A stretch of DNA of 64,000 nucleotides from Desulfobacterales bacterium (GCA_963674755.2 CAXXVS010000003.1:2400001-2464000), one strand, 5' to 3'. Counted from the first letter of the stretch, positions 45,290 to 55,862 are shown. Numbers and translations: made by a program. The notes: generated from the sequence alone by a model not told the origin.

Positions 45290-47185
45290 ATGGCCATTTC
45301 CGGCATACCCTATTCCTTTCTGGTTCCGGCCCTGACCGCGCTGGCGGCCCCCCTGGCGGCCTTTACCCTCATCATGACCCAGCTGCGCCAGCGGGCCCAG
45401 CTGGCGGCCGGTGTTTCCATCGCGGCCGTGAGCCTGTCCTTTGGATGCGCCGTGTGGCTGCTGGCGGCCAATTGGGGCATGACCGCCCCCCTGGAGCACA
45501 CCTGGCAGTGGATGGTGTCGGGCGACCTCACCATCTCGGCCGGCCTGCTGCTGGACCCCCTGAGCCTGCTGATGGCCCTGGTGGTAGCCACGATCTGCCT
45601 CCTAGTGCAGATCTACTCACTGGGGTACATGGCCGGGGATCCGGGCATGGGCCGCTATTACGGTTTCATGTCCCTTTTCGCCTGGGCCATGCTCAGCATG
45701 ACCCTTTCCGTAACCCTGCTCCAGCTCTATATTTTCTGGGAGCTGGTGGGGCTGGCCTCCTATCTCCTGATCGGTTTCTGGTTCGAGAAGTACAGCGCCT
45801 CCCAGGCCGGCAAGAAGGCCTTCGTCATGACGCGCCTGGGGGACGTGGCCTTCCTGCTGGGGATCCTGCTCGTGCTGGGGCATCTCGGCAACCTGAATAT
45901 CCTGTTCATGAACACCCCGGATGTGGCCGCCCGCTTCGCACCGGCCTGGCTGACCCTGGCCGTTTTGCTGATTTTCGGCGGGGTGATCGGCAAAAGCGCC
46001 CAGTTTCCGCTGCTCACCTGGCTGCCGGATGCCATGGAGGGCCCAACCCCGGTCAGCGCCCTGCTGCACTCCGCCACCATGGTGGCGGCCGGCGTCTATC
46101 TTCTCGCGCGTCTGTTTCCCTTTTTCAGCCTTTCGCCCACCGCCATGACGGTCTGCCTGGCCGTGGGCACCATCAGCATGCTGCTGTCTTCCACCATGGC
46201 CATGGTGGCGCGGGACATCAAACAGGTCTGGGCCTATTCCACCATCAGCCAACTGGGGTTCATGATCATGGGGCTGGCGGCCGGCAGCTATTTCGCCGGC
46301 GTTTTTCACCTGACCACGCATGCCGGCTTCAAAGCCCTGCTGTTTTTATGCTCCGGGGTCCTGATCCACCATTTCGGCACCAACGACATGTTCGCCATCA
46401 GCCGCGCGGGGGGGCGCAGCCTGAAAGTGACGATCGTCTGCATGACGATCGCGGCGGGGGCCTTGTCCGGTCTGCCGCCCCTGTCGGGCTTTTTCAGCAA
46501 GGAAGCCATCATGGGGGCCCTGGCCGCCCACAGCAATCCCGTCTGGCTGGGGGCCGGTCTGCTGGGGGCCTTTCTGACGGCCTACTATTCTTTCCGGCTG
46601 ATCTTCGTCCTGCTCTTCCCGGGCCGGGACGACACGCCGGAGGTTGCCCATGACGCCGGACACGGGGCCGCCCCGGCCTGGCACGATCATGTGATGAACG
46701 GTCCGCTGCTGATCCTGGCGGCGGTGACCCTCGGGCTGGGTTGGGCGGAACATCCGTTGAAGGAATTTTTGAGCGGCGTGCTCCCGGAAGGGCTGCCGGC
46801 CGCCCATCACCTGGCCTGGCTGCCCCGGACGGCGATCGGGCTGTGCCTGGGGGGCATCCTGCTGGCCTGGCTGGAGTTCGGCCGACCCCGGGCGCCCAAG
46901 ATCGGTTTTGTGGAACGGATGCCGGCCCTGCACCGCCTGTTCGCCGAACGCTGGTACATCGACCGTTTTTACCGCTGGTTTTTGGACCTGGTGATCTACC
47001 GCCTCGTGGCCGGAACCTGCGAGGCCAACGACCGCAAGGTGATCGACGGCGGGCTGGACGGCCTGGCCAACGGCGTGCAGGGCACGGGGCGCCGCGTGGA
47101 TCGCTTCAACCGGGTGATGATCCAGCAGCGCCTGGGGGTCATGTTCGCCGTGATCTTTTTCCTGGCCTTGTATGTCTTCTTTTAG
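45290..47185 (+). CDS. nuoL: NADH-quinone oxidoreductase subunit L
   Basis: KSAQFPL..WLPDAMEGPTPVSALLHSATMV. Confidence 0.95.
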   Translation: MAISGIPYSFLVPALTALAAPLAAFTLIMTQLRQRAQLAAGVSIAAVSLSFGCAVWLLAANWGMTAPLEHTWQWMVSGDLTISAGLLLDPLSLLMALVVATICLLVQIYSLGYMAGDPGMGRYYGFMSLFAWAMLSMTLSVTLLQLYIFWELVGLASYLLIGFWFEKYSASQAGKKAFVMTRLGDVAFLLGILLVLGHLGNLNILFMNTPDVAARFAPAWLTLAVLLIFGGVIGKSAQFPLLTWLPDAMEGPTPVSALLHSATMVAAGVYLLARLFPFFSLSPTAMTVCLAVGTISMLLSSTMAMVARDIKQVWAYSTISQLGFMIMGLAAGSYFAGVFHLTTHAGFKALLFLCSGVLIHHFGTNDMFAISRAGGRSLKVTIVCMTIAAGALSGLPPLSGFFSKEAIMGALAAHSNPVWLGAGLLGAFLTAYYSFRLIFVLLFPGRDDTPEVAHDAGHGAAPAWHDHVMNGPLLILAAVTLGLGWAEHPLKEFLSGVLPEGLPAAHHLAWLPRTAIGLCLGGILLAWLEFGRPRAPKIGFVERMPALHRLFAERWYIDRFYRWFLDLVIYRLVAGTCEANDRKVIDGGLDGLANGVQGTGRRVDRFNRVMIQQRLGVMFAVIFFLALYVFF

Positions 47186-47236
47186 AACGGCCGCCGGCCT
47201 GCGGCTTCGGCGGCCGGTGGTGGGACGCGATAGGTT

Positions 47237-48715
47237 ATGAATTTGCAATACGCCCAGTTTCCCTGGCTGTCCTCGATGCTGCTGTGCTGCCTCGGCGGTC
47301 TGGTGACCATCATGCTCATCCCGGGGCATCGGGAAAAGGAGATCAAATGGGTCAGCGCCTTTTATTCGGGACTGACCCTGGTGCTCTCCCTGAACGTGTT
47401 CGTGCTCTACGACAAGAGCGTCGGGGGATTTCAGTTCGTGGAGCGCGTGGACTGGGTTCGCTCGCTGGGCATTTCCTATTTCAACGGGGTGGACGGCTTC
47501 AGCGTGCCCCTGCTGTTGCTGACCGGCATCGTTTTTTTTACGGCGGTGCTGACCATGTGGGAGCTGACGCTGCGGGTCAAGGAATTTTTCGCCCTGCTGT
47601 TTCTCCTGGTGGCCGGCGTGTTCGGGCTTTTCATGAGCCTGGACCTCTTTTTCATCTTCGTCTGGTATGACGTCTCCCTGTTTCCCATGTACCTCCTGAT
47701 CGCCATCTGGGGCAGCACCCGCAAGGAATACGGGGCCATGAAGCTGACCCTCTATCTCCTGGCGGGCAGCGCCCTGATCCTGCCGGCCCTGATCTACCTG
47801 GTGGTGCATTCCGGGCTGCAGACCTTCGACCTGACGGCCCTCATGCGCCCCGGCCTGTTCACGCCCTATGAGCAGAAGTTCGCCTTCCTGCTCTTTTTCA
47901 TCGGCTTCGGCATTCTGGCCGGCGTGTGGCCCTTCCACACCTGGTCGCCGGTGGGCCATGTGGCCGCCCCCACCGCGGTCAGCATGATCCACGCCGGCGT
48001 TCTCATGAAGATCGGCGCCTTCGGTGTGCTGCGCCTGGGCATGTTCATGTGCCCCGCCGGCTGGGAATACTGGGCGCCCCTGATGGCGCTGCTGGCCACC
48101 GTCGGCATCGTTTACGGCGTGTTCGTGGGGCTGCGCCAGACGGACATCAAATACGTGATCGGCTATTCGAGCGTCTCCCACATGGGCATCGTGGGGCTGG
48201 GCCTGGCCACGGTGAGCGTGGAGGGCCTGAACGGCGCCGTGTTCCAGATGTTCGCCCACGGGATCATGACGGCCCTTTTCTTCTCGTCGGTGGGCTACAT
48301 TTACGACCGCACCCATACCAAGGCCATCGACGAACTGGGGGGGCTCAGCCATATCATGCCGAAAGCCTCGGGCTACCTGATTCTGGCGGCCCTGACCGGG
48401 ATCGGGGTGCCCTGCCTGGCCAGCTTCTGGGCGGAGCTGACCGTTTTTATCGCTGCTTTCCGGGTCTACCCGGTCTACGGGGTGCTGGCGGTGTGCGCCC
48501 TGGTGGTGAGCGCCCTGTTCATGCTGCGGGTGGTTCAGCGCACCTGTTACGGGCCGCCCAATGAACGCTTCGCCCACCTGGAAGACGTTTCTTTCACACT
48601 GGGACTGCCCCGCATGATTCTGGTGACGGTCATTTTCTTCTTCGGCCTGTTTCCGTCGCTGATGTTCGACATGATTCAAACCGCCTCGCTACCGCTTTTG
48701 AACGGATTGCCATGA
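47237..48715 (+). CDS. nuoM: NADH-quinone oxidoreductase subunit M
   Basis: PFHTW..APT..S..AGVLMK, YSSVSHMG. Confidence 0.93.
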   Translation: MNLQYAQFPWLSSMLLCCLGGLVTIMLIPGHREKEIKWVSAFYSGLTLVLSLNVFVLYDKSVGGFQFVERVDWVRSLGISYFNGVDGFSVPLLLLTGIVFFTAVLTMWELTLRVKEFFALLFLLVAGVFGLFMSLDLFFIFVWYDVSLFPMYLLIAIWGSTRKEYGAMKLTLYLLAGSALILPALIYLVVHSGLQTFDLTALMRPGLFTPYEQKFAFLLFFIGFGILAGVWPFHTWSPVGHVAAPTAVSMIHAGVLMKIGAFGVLRLGMFMCPAGWEYWAPLMALLATVGIVYGVFVGLRQTDIKYVIGYSSVSHMGIVGLGLATVSVEGLNGAVFQMFAHGIMTALFFSSVGYIYDRTHTKAIDELGGLSHIMPKASGYLILAALTGIGVPCLASFWAELTVFIAAFRVYPVYGVLAVCALVVSALFMLRVVQRTCYGPPNERFAHLEDVSFTLGLPRMILVTVIFFFGLFPSLMFDMIQTASLPLLNGLP

Positions 48716-50124
48716 TGAACTGGATTGCCTTGAGCCCTGAACTCTGGATGCTGGCCACCATCGGTGTGTTCCTGGGCCGGTCCATGATGCGCCCGGATGC
48801 GGGCCGGGATCACCTGCTGGCCCTGGTGACATCGGCCGTGGCCCTGGGGGTCGCCCTGGCCGGAACGGGCTTCAGCGGGGAGCTCTTCGCGGGCACCTAT
48901 CGGGTCGATCTGTTCTCCCAGTTCTACAAATGCCTTCTGGCGGCCGGCTTCTTCCTGGTGGTCTGCCTGTGCGACGGGATGCAAGGGGTGCGGGAAGACC
49001 TCCAGGCCGAGTTCTACCTGCTGCTGGCCGTGTGCACCCTGGCCATGATGATGCTGGTGTCCAGCGTGCACCTGCTGACGCTCTACATCACCCTGGAGCT
49101 GTCCTCCTACAGCCTCTATATCCTGGTGTCCCTGCGCCGGGACCGGGCGCGCGGGATCCGGGCGGGGCTCAAATATTTTCTGGTGGGGGCCGCGGCCTCG
49201 GCCGTCATGCTGTTCGGCCTGGCCCTGGTCTACGGCACCACCGGCACGGCCTATCTCATCGACCTGCTGGCCGCACTGCCGGTCCAGACGGGACAGCCGG
49301 CCTTCAGCATCGGGCTGCTCCTGCTGCTGGGCGGTTTTTTCTTCAAACTGGCGATCTTTCCTTTTCACGTCTGGGCGCCGGATGTCTATGAAGGGGCGGC
49401 CAACCCGGTGGCGGCCTATATCGCCACGGCCTCCAAAGTGGCCGCCGTGGGGATTCTGGTGCGCCTGGCGGTCCTGGGCACCACCGCTTATTTCGTCCAT
49501 GTCCTGGCGGTGCTGGCCATCGCTTCCATGACCATCGGGAACCTGGCGGCCATCACCCAGACCGATTTCAAGCGGCTGCTGGCCTATTCCAGCGTGGCCC
49601 AGGGCGGCTATATTCTGATCGGTATCCTGAGCATGGATCCGGCCGGTTACGCGGCGGCCACCTTCTATGCGTTCGCCGTGCTGGTCATGAAATTCACCTG
49701 CTTCATGGTGGTGGTGCAGGTGGCGGTCGGGGACAAAAACCCGACCATTGAGGATCTGGCCGGTCTGCACCGCCATGCCCCCGTGATGGCCATGGCTCTC
49801 ATGATGGCCCTTTTCGGCCTGGGCGGCATCCCCCCCACGATCGGCTTTACCGGCAAGCTGCTGCTCTTCACGGCCGCTATGGCCAAGGGCCATTTCACCC
49901 TGGTCCTGATTGCCATGATCAATGTGGTGATCTCCCTCTATTATTACCTGAAGGTCCTGCGGGCGGCCTATTTTCTCGAACCGTCGCCGGACGCCCCCCA
50001 TGTGCAGGAGACCCTGCCCATGAAAGCCTTGTCCCTCGCCATGATCGCCGCGATGGTGGTGATCGGTTTCTATCCCAACCACCTGATCGAACTGACCCGC
50101 CGCGCGGCAGCCCTGATTTCCTGA
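48712..50124 (+). CDS. nuoN: NADH-quinone oxidoreductase subunit N
   Basis: FKLAIFPFHVWAPDVYEG, KRLLAYSS, GIPPT.GF.GK. Confidence 0.95.
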   Translation: MMNWIALSPELWMLATIGVFLGRSMMRPDAGRDHLLALVTSAVALGVALAGTGFSGELFAGTYRVDLFSQFYKCLLAAGFFLVVCLCDGMQGVREDLQAEFYLLLAVCTLAMMMLVSSVHLLTLYITLELSSYSLYILVSLRRDRARGIRAGLKYFLVGAAASAVMLFGLALVYGTTGTAYLIDLLAALPVQTGQPAFSIGLLLLLGGFFFKLAIFPFHVWAPDVYEGAANPVAAYIATASKVAAVGILVRLAVLGTTAYFVHVLAVLAIASMTIGNLAAITQTDFKRLLAYSSVAQGGYILIGILSMDPAGYAAATFYAFAVLVMKFTCFMVVVQVAVGDKNPTIEDLAGLHRHAPVMAMALMMALFGLGGIPPTIGFTGKLLLFTAAMAKGHFTLVLIAMINVVISLYYYLKVLRAAYFLEPSPDAPHVQETLPMKALSLAMIAAMVVIGFYPNHLIELTRRAAALIS

Positions 50125-50185
50125 AGCCGTCATCCTGAAAAGGCGACCGGGCGGCTACCCCCGCCATGCCAATCCCCGGGCACCT

Positions 50186-50214
50186 TTGACAAGAATGGAC
50201 TTCGTTCTTACAAA
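50186..50214 (+). promoter_or_regulatory. Putative sigma70 promoter embedded in an inverted repeat
   Basis: TTGACA-17 nt-TACAAA within TTTGACAAGAA...TTCTTACAAA. Confidence 0.5.
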
Positions 50215-50300
50215 TGATTAAAGGGCGATCGTTAGTGGCGGATAACGAAGGACCGCCAACGCATTCCGCCCCATGTCTTTTGCCAACAGGAGCGCCGCTG

Positions 50301-50690
50301 ATGGAACTATCCGAATATTTCGAAAAAGCCAAAGGCCTCGGCGTGCTGGCGACGGTCAACGGATGCGGTCATGTGGATACGGCCCTATACAGCCGTCCCC
50401 ACTTCATGGAGGACGGCACAGTCGCCTTCGTCATGAAGAACAGGCTGTCCCACGCCAACCTTCAGGCCAACCCGTTTGCCAGCTATCTCTTTGTGGAGAA
50501 GGGCTCCGGCTATCAAGGCAAACGGCTGTATCTGCGCAAAGTCGGGGAAGAGCAGGAAACCGAACGGCTATACCATCTCCGGCGCCGCCAGGCGCCGCCG
50601 GATGTCGATCCCCGTGATACCCCCCGCTTTCTGGTGTTCTTCGAATTGGAGCAGGTGCGCCCGCTGGTGGGCGACGGCGAATACGCCTGA
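50301..50690 (+). CDS. Pyridoxamine 5'-phosphate oxidase-like FMN-binding protein
   Basis: GVLAT..G.VD.A.YSRPH, NLQANP.A, GKRLY, VRPLVG; AGGAG RBS. Confidence 0.8.
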   Translation: MELSEYFEKAKGLGVLATVNGCGHVDTALYSRPHFMEDGTVAFVMKNRLSHANLQANPFASYLFVEKGSGYQGKRLYLRKVGEEQETERLYHLRRRQAPPDVDPRDTPRFLVFFELEQVRPLVGDGEYA

Positions 50691-51089
50691 AGGATGGATC
50701 GCCCGCAGGGAACGCCTCGGCCGGCGGTCGAAACGCTTTTCGGCGCATGCCGTTCCCCATCAGGTTGTGCAAGCATTTGCCGGCATCGACCCGCCGGTAT
50801 ATTGTCGGTGGGCAGGTTGTGCTTTGGGGATTCCCTCTGCCGTCCGATCCACCGCCTTACCGGCCGGCTCCCGGCGATGCCCAAGCGCCGCAGCCTTTAA
50901 GCCGGCTTGCGACTTGTCGCTCTGCAAATTTCCGATACACGTTGTCACGACCTGGACTACGTTGTTTAGCCGGACCGAATACAGGATGGGCCCTATAGCA
51001 TTTGGAACGCGTCTATTTTATCGATGAGGATCGTGATAAGGGTGGGGCTACCGCAAACTCATTTCGATAAAGGAGTCGTTTGAATCCCG

Positions 51090-52787
51090 ATGGGTTCGGG
51101 CCGTTCCGCAATGCCGCATGCCGCTTTGCCACGCCAGATTTGCGCCGCACTTCAGCACCATCAGCAGGAAGAATTTGATAAGGCTCGCCACGAATATCTG
51201 AACGCCCTGGCGACCGGACCGCGGAATCCCCGTCTGACTTACCTGTTGACCTGCCTGGAAATCCATTCCGGCAACATCGAATCCGCCAAAGCCTGGTTTC
51301 GCAGGGGGGTGCGCCGGGATATCGGCACCGGCGGCCCCCCTTCGCCCACCGCTATCGATGTCCCAGCGGCCTTCCAGGAGGCCCTGCATGCCGACCCCCG
51401 ACCGGTTGTCATCTGCCGCGAGTTGAGCTTGAACCTCCCTTCCCGGGCAGAATTCCAGCCCATCCTGGTGGCGCTGAAAGCCTGGTTGAAGTTTGCTCCC
51501 AAAGATACAACCGCGCTGGAGCGCTTTGCCGACCTGGCCGGTCGATTAGGGGATCATGTCCTGGCGGCCGCTTTGCTGCAACAGGCCCAGCGCCTCGATC
51601 CCGCCAACGCCGTTCTCCCCTTCAAACGCGGCAATGCCCTCAACGAGCGGGGTGAACTTCGCCAAGCCCTTGCGGCGTATGATGAGGCGGTGCGCATCGA
51701 TAGCGGCTTGTGGGCCGCGCATGTCAACACGGCCGCAACGCTTCAGAAGATCGGCCGCACGGCCGCTGCTGAGCACCGCCTCCGGAAAGTGCTGACGGAC
51801 CACCCCCGCCATCCGGACGCCCTGTACACCCTGGCGGAGATTCTTTTCCAGGACGGACGCCTCCAGGAAGCCGTCCGGTATTATGGGGAAACAGTGGCGG
51901 CCGTCCCGGAGCATGCCGCAGCCTGGCTGCATCAGGCCCACGCCTGGAAGCGCCTGGGGCTGACCCGCAAAGCGGTCCAGGCTTATCGGCAGGCGGCGGC
52001 CCTGCTGCCCGACCGGCCGGATATCCATTTCAACCTGGGGGCCGCCCTCCACGGACTGAAGGATTTCCAAGGGGCCGAGGAGGCCCTGGTCCGCGCTGAA
52101 GCCCTCGATCCGGACGATCCCGCCACGGGCTATTTGCTGAAGGCCGTGCGACAGGAAACGGTTTCACACGCCCCGCGCGCCTATGTCGAAGCCCTTTTCG
52201 ATCGGTATGCGGCCTCCTTCGACCGTCACATGAAAGGCCTTTTGCAGTACCGCATTCCGAAATACCTGCGCCGGCATCTCAAGCCGCACGCCAAACAGCG
52301 CGGCGGCTTCGGCCATATGCTGGATGTGGGCTGCGGGACGGGCCTGGCCGGCGCGGCCCTACGGGATATGGTCCGGCACATGACCGGGGTGGATGTCGCC
52401 CGCCCTATTTTGGAACGCGCGGCGCGCAAGAAGATATACGATCACCTGGTCCGGGACGACTTCCGGCATTATCTGGCCGCTGTTTCGGAAAGGTTTGAGC
52501 TTGTTGTGGCGGCGGATGTCTTTATCTACACGGGAGATTTGGATCCGGTGCTGGCCCTGATCCGGAAGCGCTTGTCGCCTAAAGGTTGCCTGGCGTTTTC
52601 GGTCGAAAAGGATACGGCGGGCGAGTTCCGTCTGCAGCGTTCCGGCCGCTTCGCCCATTCCCGGGACTACATTGTCCGGTTGGCGGATAAACACGGCTAT
52701 ATCATTGAAACCGCCCGCCCAGTGCCTGTGCGCATGGAAAACAACCAGTGGGTCGGCGGCCTCCTGTTCGTGATGACGGTCGGTTAG
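51090..52787 (+). CDS. TPR-repeat protein with C-terminal class I SAM methyltransferase
   Basis: TPRs, then YVEALFDRYA..FD, LDVGCGTGLAG, AADVFIYTGDL, RFAHS. Confidence 0.88.
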   Translation: MGSGRSAMPHAALPRQICAALQHHQQEEFDKARHEYLNALATGPRNPRLTYLLTCLEIHSGNIESAKAWFRRGVRRDIGTGGPPSPTAIDVPAAFQEALHADPRPVVICRELSLNLPSRAEFQPILVALKAWLKFAPKDTTALERFADLAGRLGDHVLAAALLQQAQRLDPANAVLPFKRGNALNERGELRQALAAYDEAVRIDSGLWAAHVNTAATLQKIGRTAAAEHRLRKVLTDHPRHPDALYTLAEILFQDGRLQEAVRYYGETVAAVPEHAAAWLHQAHAWKRLGLTRKAVQAYRQAAALLPDRPDIHFNLGAALHGLKDFQGAEEALVRAEALDPDDPATGYLLKAVRQETVSHAPRAYVEALFDRYAASFDRHMKGLLQYRIPKYLRRHLKPHAKQRGGFGHMLDVGCGTGLAGAALRDMVRHMTGVDVARPILERAARKKIYDHLVRDDFRHYLAAVSERFELVVAADVFIYTGDLDPVLALIRKRLSPKGCLAFSVEKDTAGEFRLQRSGRFAHSRDYIVRLADKHGYIIETARPVPVRMENNQWVGGLLFVMTVG

Positions 52788-52797
52788 GGGGGCAGCA

Positions 52798-52980
52798 TCA
52801 GGAGACAGGCTCGCCGAGGGCTTCGAGCCGCTTGCGGGCCGCCTCGACGACCCGCGGGTCATCGTCGTTTGCGATCACCTGCTGGAGCAGTTCAGTATTC
52901 TCTTCGCTCTGGACGGCTCCGATACGGACCTCCGGATTCGAATGGGCGATTTTGGGCAGAAAAAAGTCGCGGAACTTCAT
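52798..52980 (-). CDS. Small 60-aa protein with a HEAT-like helical motif
   Basis: AAGGAGG RBS; HSNPEVRIGAV...ELLQQVIANDDDPRVVEAARKRL. Confidence 0.7.
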   Translation of the reverse strand: MKFRDFFLPKIAHSNPEVRIGAVQSEENTELLQQVIANDDDPRVVEAARKRLEALGEPVS

Positions 52981-53036
52981 AGGCTTCCTCCTTGTCGGCA
53001 GTTATGGCGGCCATACCGGCCGATGGGGCCGGCGAC

Positions 53037-53384
53037 CTAAGCGGCCATTTCTTCCAGACGGGCCAAGGCCTTTTCCCGGATGTCGGTATCGGGATCCTCC
53101 CTGGCGATCTGGCTGAGCAATTCGGTACTTTTCATTTGCGCGATGGCGTTGAGGCGCACCTCGGTGACCGTTTTTCTGCCGGGCTGCAGTTGGCCTCGTG
53201 TGGCTTTGATCCAGAAATAGATGCCGAAGAATAGAAAAACGATGGCCAGGGCCATCAGAAAATAGACACCGGGCGGTTCCGTTTGCAGAAAGGGAAATTC
53301 CAGGATGCTGGCCCCCAGGAAGAGTGCGCCGGTGGCCGCAATGGCCGTGGCGATCAACTGGGGGTGCCGTTCCAAAAGTTTCAT
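53037..53384 (-). CDS. Two-TM protein with a C-terminal HEAT-like motif
   Basis: GGAGGAG RBS; two TM helices; EVRLNAI...ELLSQIAREDPDTDIREKALARL. Confidence 0.7.
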   Translation of the reverse strand: MKLLERHPQLIATAIAATGALFLGASILEFPFLQTEPPGVYFLMALAIVFLFFGIYFWIKATRGQLQPGRKTVTEVRLNAIAQMKSTELLSQIAREDPDTDIREKALARLEEMAA

Positions 53385-53589
53385 CGCTCCTCCCTTCTTT
53401 GTTACAGCATGGCGCTTTGCGTCTCTGAATTCCATATTAACGGAGCTTGCCGGTTGCGGAAATGGAGTCCATTATGTAGAGGACTTCATTAAAGGGAGTA
53501 GATTTCTGGGCTCCGTATGGCGGAACCAGGCCGTGCGCCATTGTCGCCGCCATCGGGCGCGAGCAGGCTTAGGAAAGCAAAACCACACC

Positions 53590-54675
53590 ATGGCCGAAGG
53601 ATACCTTCAGCACAGCTTATTGCAGCGAACCCGGCATTTGCTGATGCGCCACGGCCGGGCCGCCACCTGCTGGCAGATCCTGCACCCGGACTTGTCCCTG
53701 TGGTTCCCGGTGCAGGGCGACGGGGTTGTCGGGTTTGCCCGTTATGGCCGGACCCGCATTGCGGCCGGGGAGCCGGTGTGTGCCGTGGAACGCCTGGTCG
53801 CCCTCAGTCGGGAATTCGAGCAGGACGCCGTGCAGTCCGGGGAAGGGGTCTGCTACCTGGCGGCCGAGGGAAGCCTGGTGGAACGCTTGGAGAGGGACGG
53901 GCGCCACCAGGTGCTGCCCATCGGCGCCCAGCCGGTCTGGGAGCCGGCCGTGCTGGCCGCCTGTTTCGACGACAAGGCCACGCTGCGCTATCAGGTCAAC
54001 CGGGCCCGCAACAAGGGGCTGCGGATCGAGGAGTGGCCTGCGGAGCGGTTTGACCATCCGGATCTGCCGCGCTGTCTGGCGCGCTGGCTGGCCTCCAAGC
54101 CCCTGCCGCCCCTGGGGTTCATGACCGACCCCTATCTCCTGTCCCGCATGGACGGCCGCCGACTCCTAGTGGCCGAGGTCGACGGCGCGCCGGTGGGGTA
54201 TACCGTATTGTCCCCGGTGCCGGCACGCCAAGGCTGGCTGGTGGAGCAGATCGTGCGCTGCGACGGCGCCCCCAACGGGACGGCCGAAAGCCTGGTGGCG
54301 GCCGCGGCCCGTAGCGCGGCGGATACCGGCGGCCGCTTCATTACCCTGGGAACATCGCCCCTGTCCCGCCGGGGCCGACGTCTTTCCCGCCGCCATCCCT
54401 TCTGGCTGCGGGCCGGCATGGCCTGGATGCGGGCCCATGGGAGCCGATTCTACAATTTCCGGGGGCTGGAGCATTTCAAAGGCAAGTTCGGACCCCAGAC
54501 CTGGGAGCCGGTCTACGCCGTGGTTGCCGATCCGCGCCTGCGGCCGGCTGCTTTGTATGCGGTCATGGGCGCCTTCACCGGGCGCTCCCCCCTCCTGGCA
54601 GGCCTCCAGGCTGTCGGGACGGGTGCGATGGTGGAAATGCAGCGACTGGCCCGGCGTATGGGCTGGAAGGGTTGA
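53590..54675 (+). CDS. Stand-alone DUF2156 (MprF C-terminal aminoacyltransferase-like) protein
   Basis: AAGEPV, IGAQP, LRYQVNRA, APNGTAESL, FYNFRGLEHFKGKF.P..WEPVY. Confidence 0.85.
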   Translation: MAEGYLQHSLLQRTRHLLMRHGRAATCWQILHPDLSLWFPVQGDGVVGFARYGRTRIAAGEPVCAVERLVALSREFEQDAVQSGEGVCYLAAEGSLVERLERDGRHQVLPIGAQPVWEPAVLAACFDDKATLRYQVNRARNKGLRIEEWPAERFDHPDLPRCLARWLASKPLPPLGFMTDPYLLSRMDGRRLLVAEVDGAPVGYTVLSPVPARQGWLVEQIVRCDGAPNGTAESLVAAAARSAADTGGRFITLGTSPLSRRGRRLSRRHPFWLRAGMAWMRAHGSRFYNFRGLEHFKGKFGPQTWEPVYAVVADPRLRPAALYAVMGAFTGRSPLLAGLQAVGTGAMVEMQRLARRMGWKG

Positions 54676-54884
54676 GGACCCGCACAACCTCGCCGCGAAA
54701 AAAAATCTATCCGATTGTGTTCTATCGACTGCAATCGTAATCTTCTATAAAGCGTTGTTATCTGGCCAGGAAAAGTTGAAACGATCGATGATGGAAACGA
54801 CTTTAAAAGAGAGTTTGAAGAGATAACGCTACCTGATACTTAAATTCCAATGGAAGGCGAACATAATACTGGTACGGTGTAAAT

Positions 54885-55862
54885 ATGAAATCTAATAAAT
54901 TGACATACCCGGAGATTATTATCATTGGCGGGATAGAGCACAGCGGCAAAAGGAATATGTCAAAGGGACAGATTCTTATCCCTTACACTGATGCACCAAA
55001 TGTTTGCGTTGGTGATGTTGTCGTCAAAAAATCTGACAAAAAGGATACATACTTAAAGGTCACGGGCATTTCTTTTATCGAAGACGGTTCTTTTGGGATT
55101 GGCACTGATCATCCCCATCTGCTCGCGTTAAAGGTCGCAAACACAAGTACCCAACCTCAGGCGCTAAAAAATACATCATCGACTGCCGAGGTCAGTTCTG
55201 TACCTGGCGAAGAAAATATAGACAGCCAAAAAAGAACAAAGATTAAAACAATAAGTATGCAGCACTTTATGAAGCATGTTGTCAAGAACTGGGGCGAGGA
55301 GCCAACATCGACTGAAAAACCCCTTGTGCAGGATGCCTCTGTCGTTAGAGTGCCCAGTGAGGAAACGTCTGCGATGTCAAGCACCGACAAAAGACTTTGC
55401 GCGCCTACTGGCAAGGCGGGCACAGCAAGAACGAAAACGGAGGTCAGGGTACTAAAATCTGAAAGCGAATTGAAAGCCTTGGCCCCCATTATTTCGCAGC
55501 TCAGACCACATTTTGACTTAAATGAATTGGTTGCCCGCATAAAGATTCAGCGAAAAAGGGGCTATAAGCTGGCATACGTTGTTTCCGGCGAAAAGGTATT
55601 ATGTGTCGCGGGCTTTGTGACAGGCTATAAATTAGCCTGGGGAAAGCATATCTACATAGACGATCTGGTAACTAGCGAAGAACATCATTCAGCAGACGCG
55701 GGAAAGATTCTGATGGAATGGTTCAAGACTTACGCAAAGGAAAACGGCTACGAAACAATTCACCTGGATGCTTCCGTTTTAGGGTTCTCTTCGCATAAAT
55801 TTTACCTTGAAAGTGGCTTCCATATTGATAGTCATCACTTTTCTATAAATTTAATCGACTGA
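54885..55862 (+). CDS. GNAT acetyltransferase with a long unrelated N-terminal extension
   Basis: C-terminal QLRPH, GY.L, LAWGKHIYIDDLVT, LD..HKFY; AT-richer than the flanks. Confidence 0.8.
   Translation: MKSNKLTYPEIIIIGGIEHSGKRNMSKGQILIPYTDAPNVCVGDVVVKKSDKKDTYLKVTGISFIEDGSFGIGTDHPHLLALKVANTSTQPQALKNTSSTAEVSSVPGEENIDSQKRTKIKTISMQHFMKHVVKNWGEEPTSTEKPLVQDASVVRVPSEETSAMSSTDKRLCAPTGKAGTARTKTEVRVLKSESELKALAPIISQLRPHFDLNELVARIKIQRKRGYKLAYVVSGEKVLCVAGFVTGYKLAWGKHIYIDDLVTSEEHHSADAGKILMEWFKTYAKENGYETIHLDASVLGFSSHKFYLESGFHIDSHHFSINLID

Noticed and set aside
4744..50124. Selenocysteine or stop-codon readthrough in the FmdE, Nuo or rubrerythrin genes
   Set aside because: All Cys motifs are complete, and the TGA codons fall at expected protein ends.
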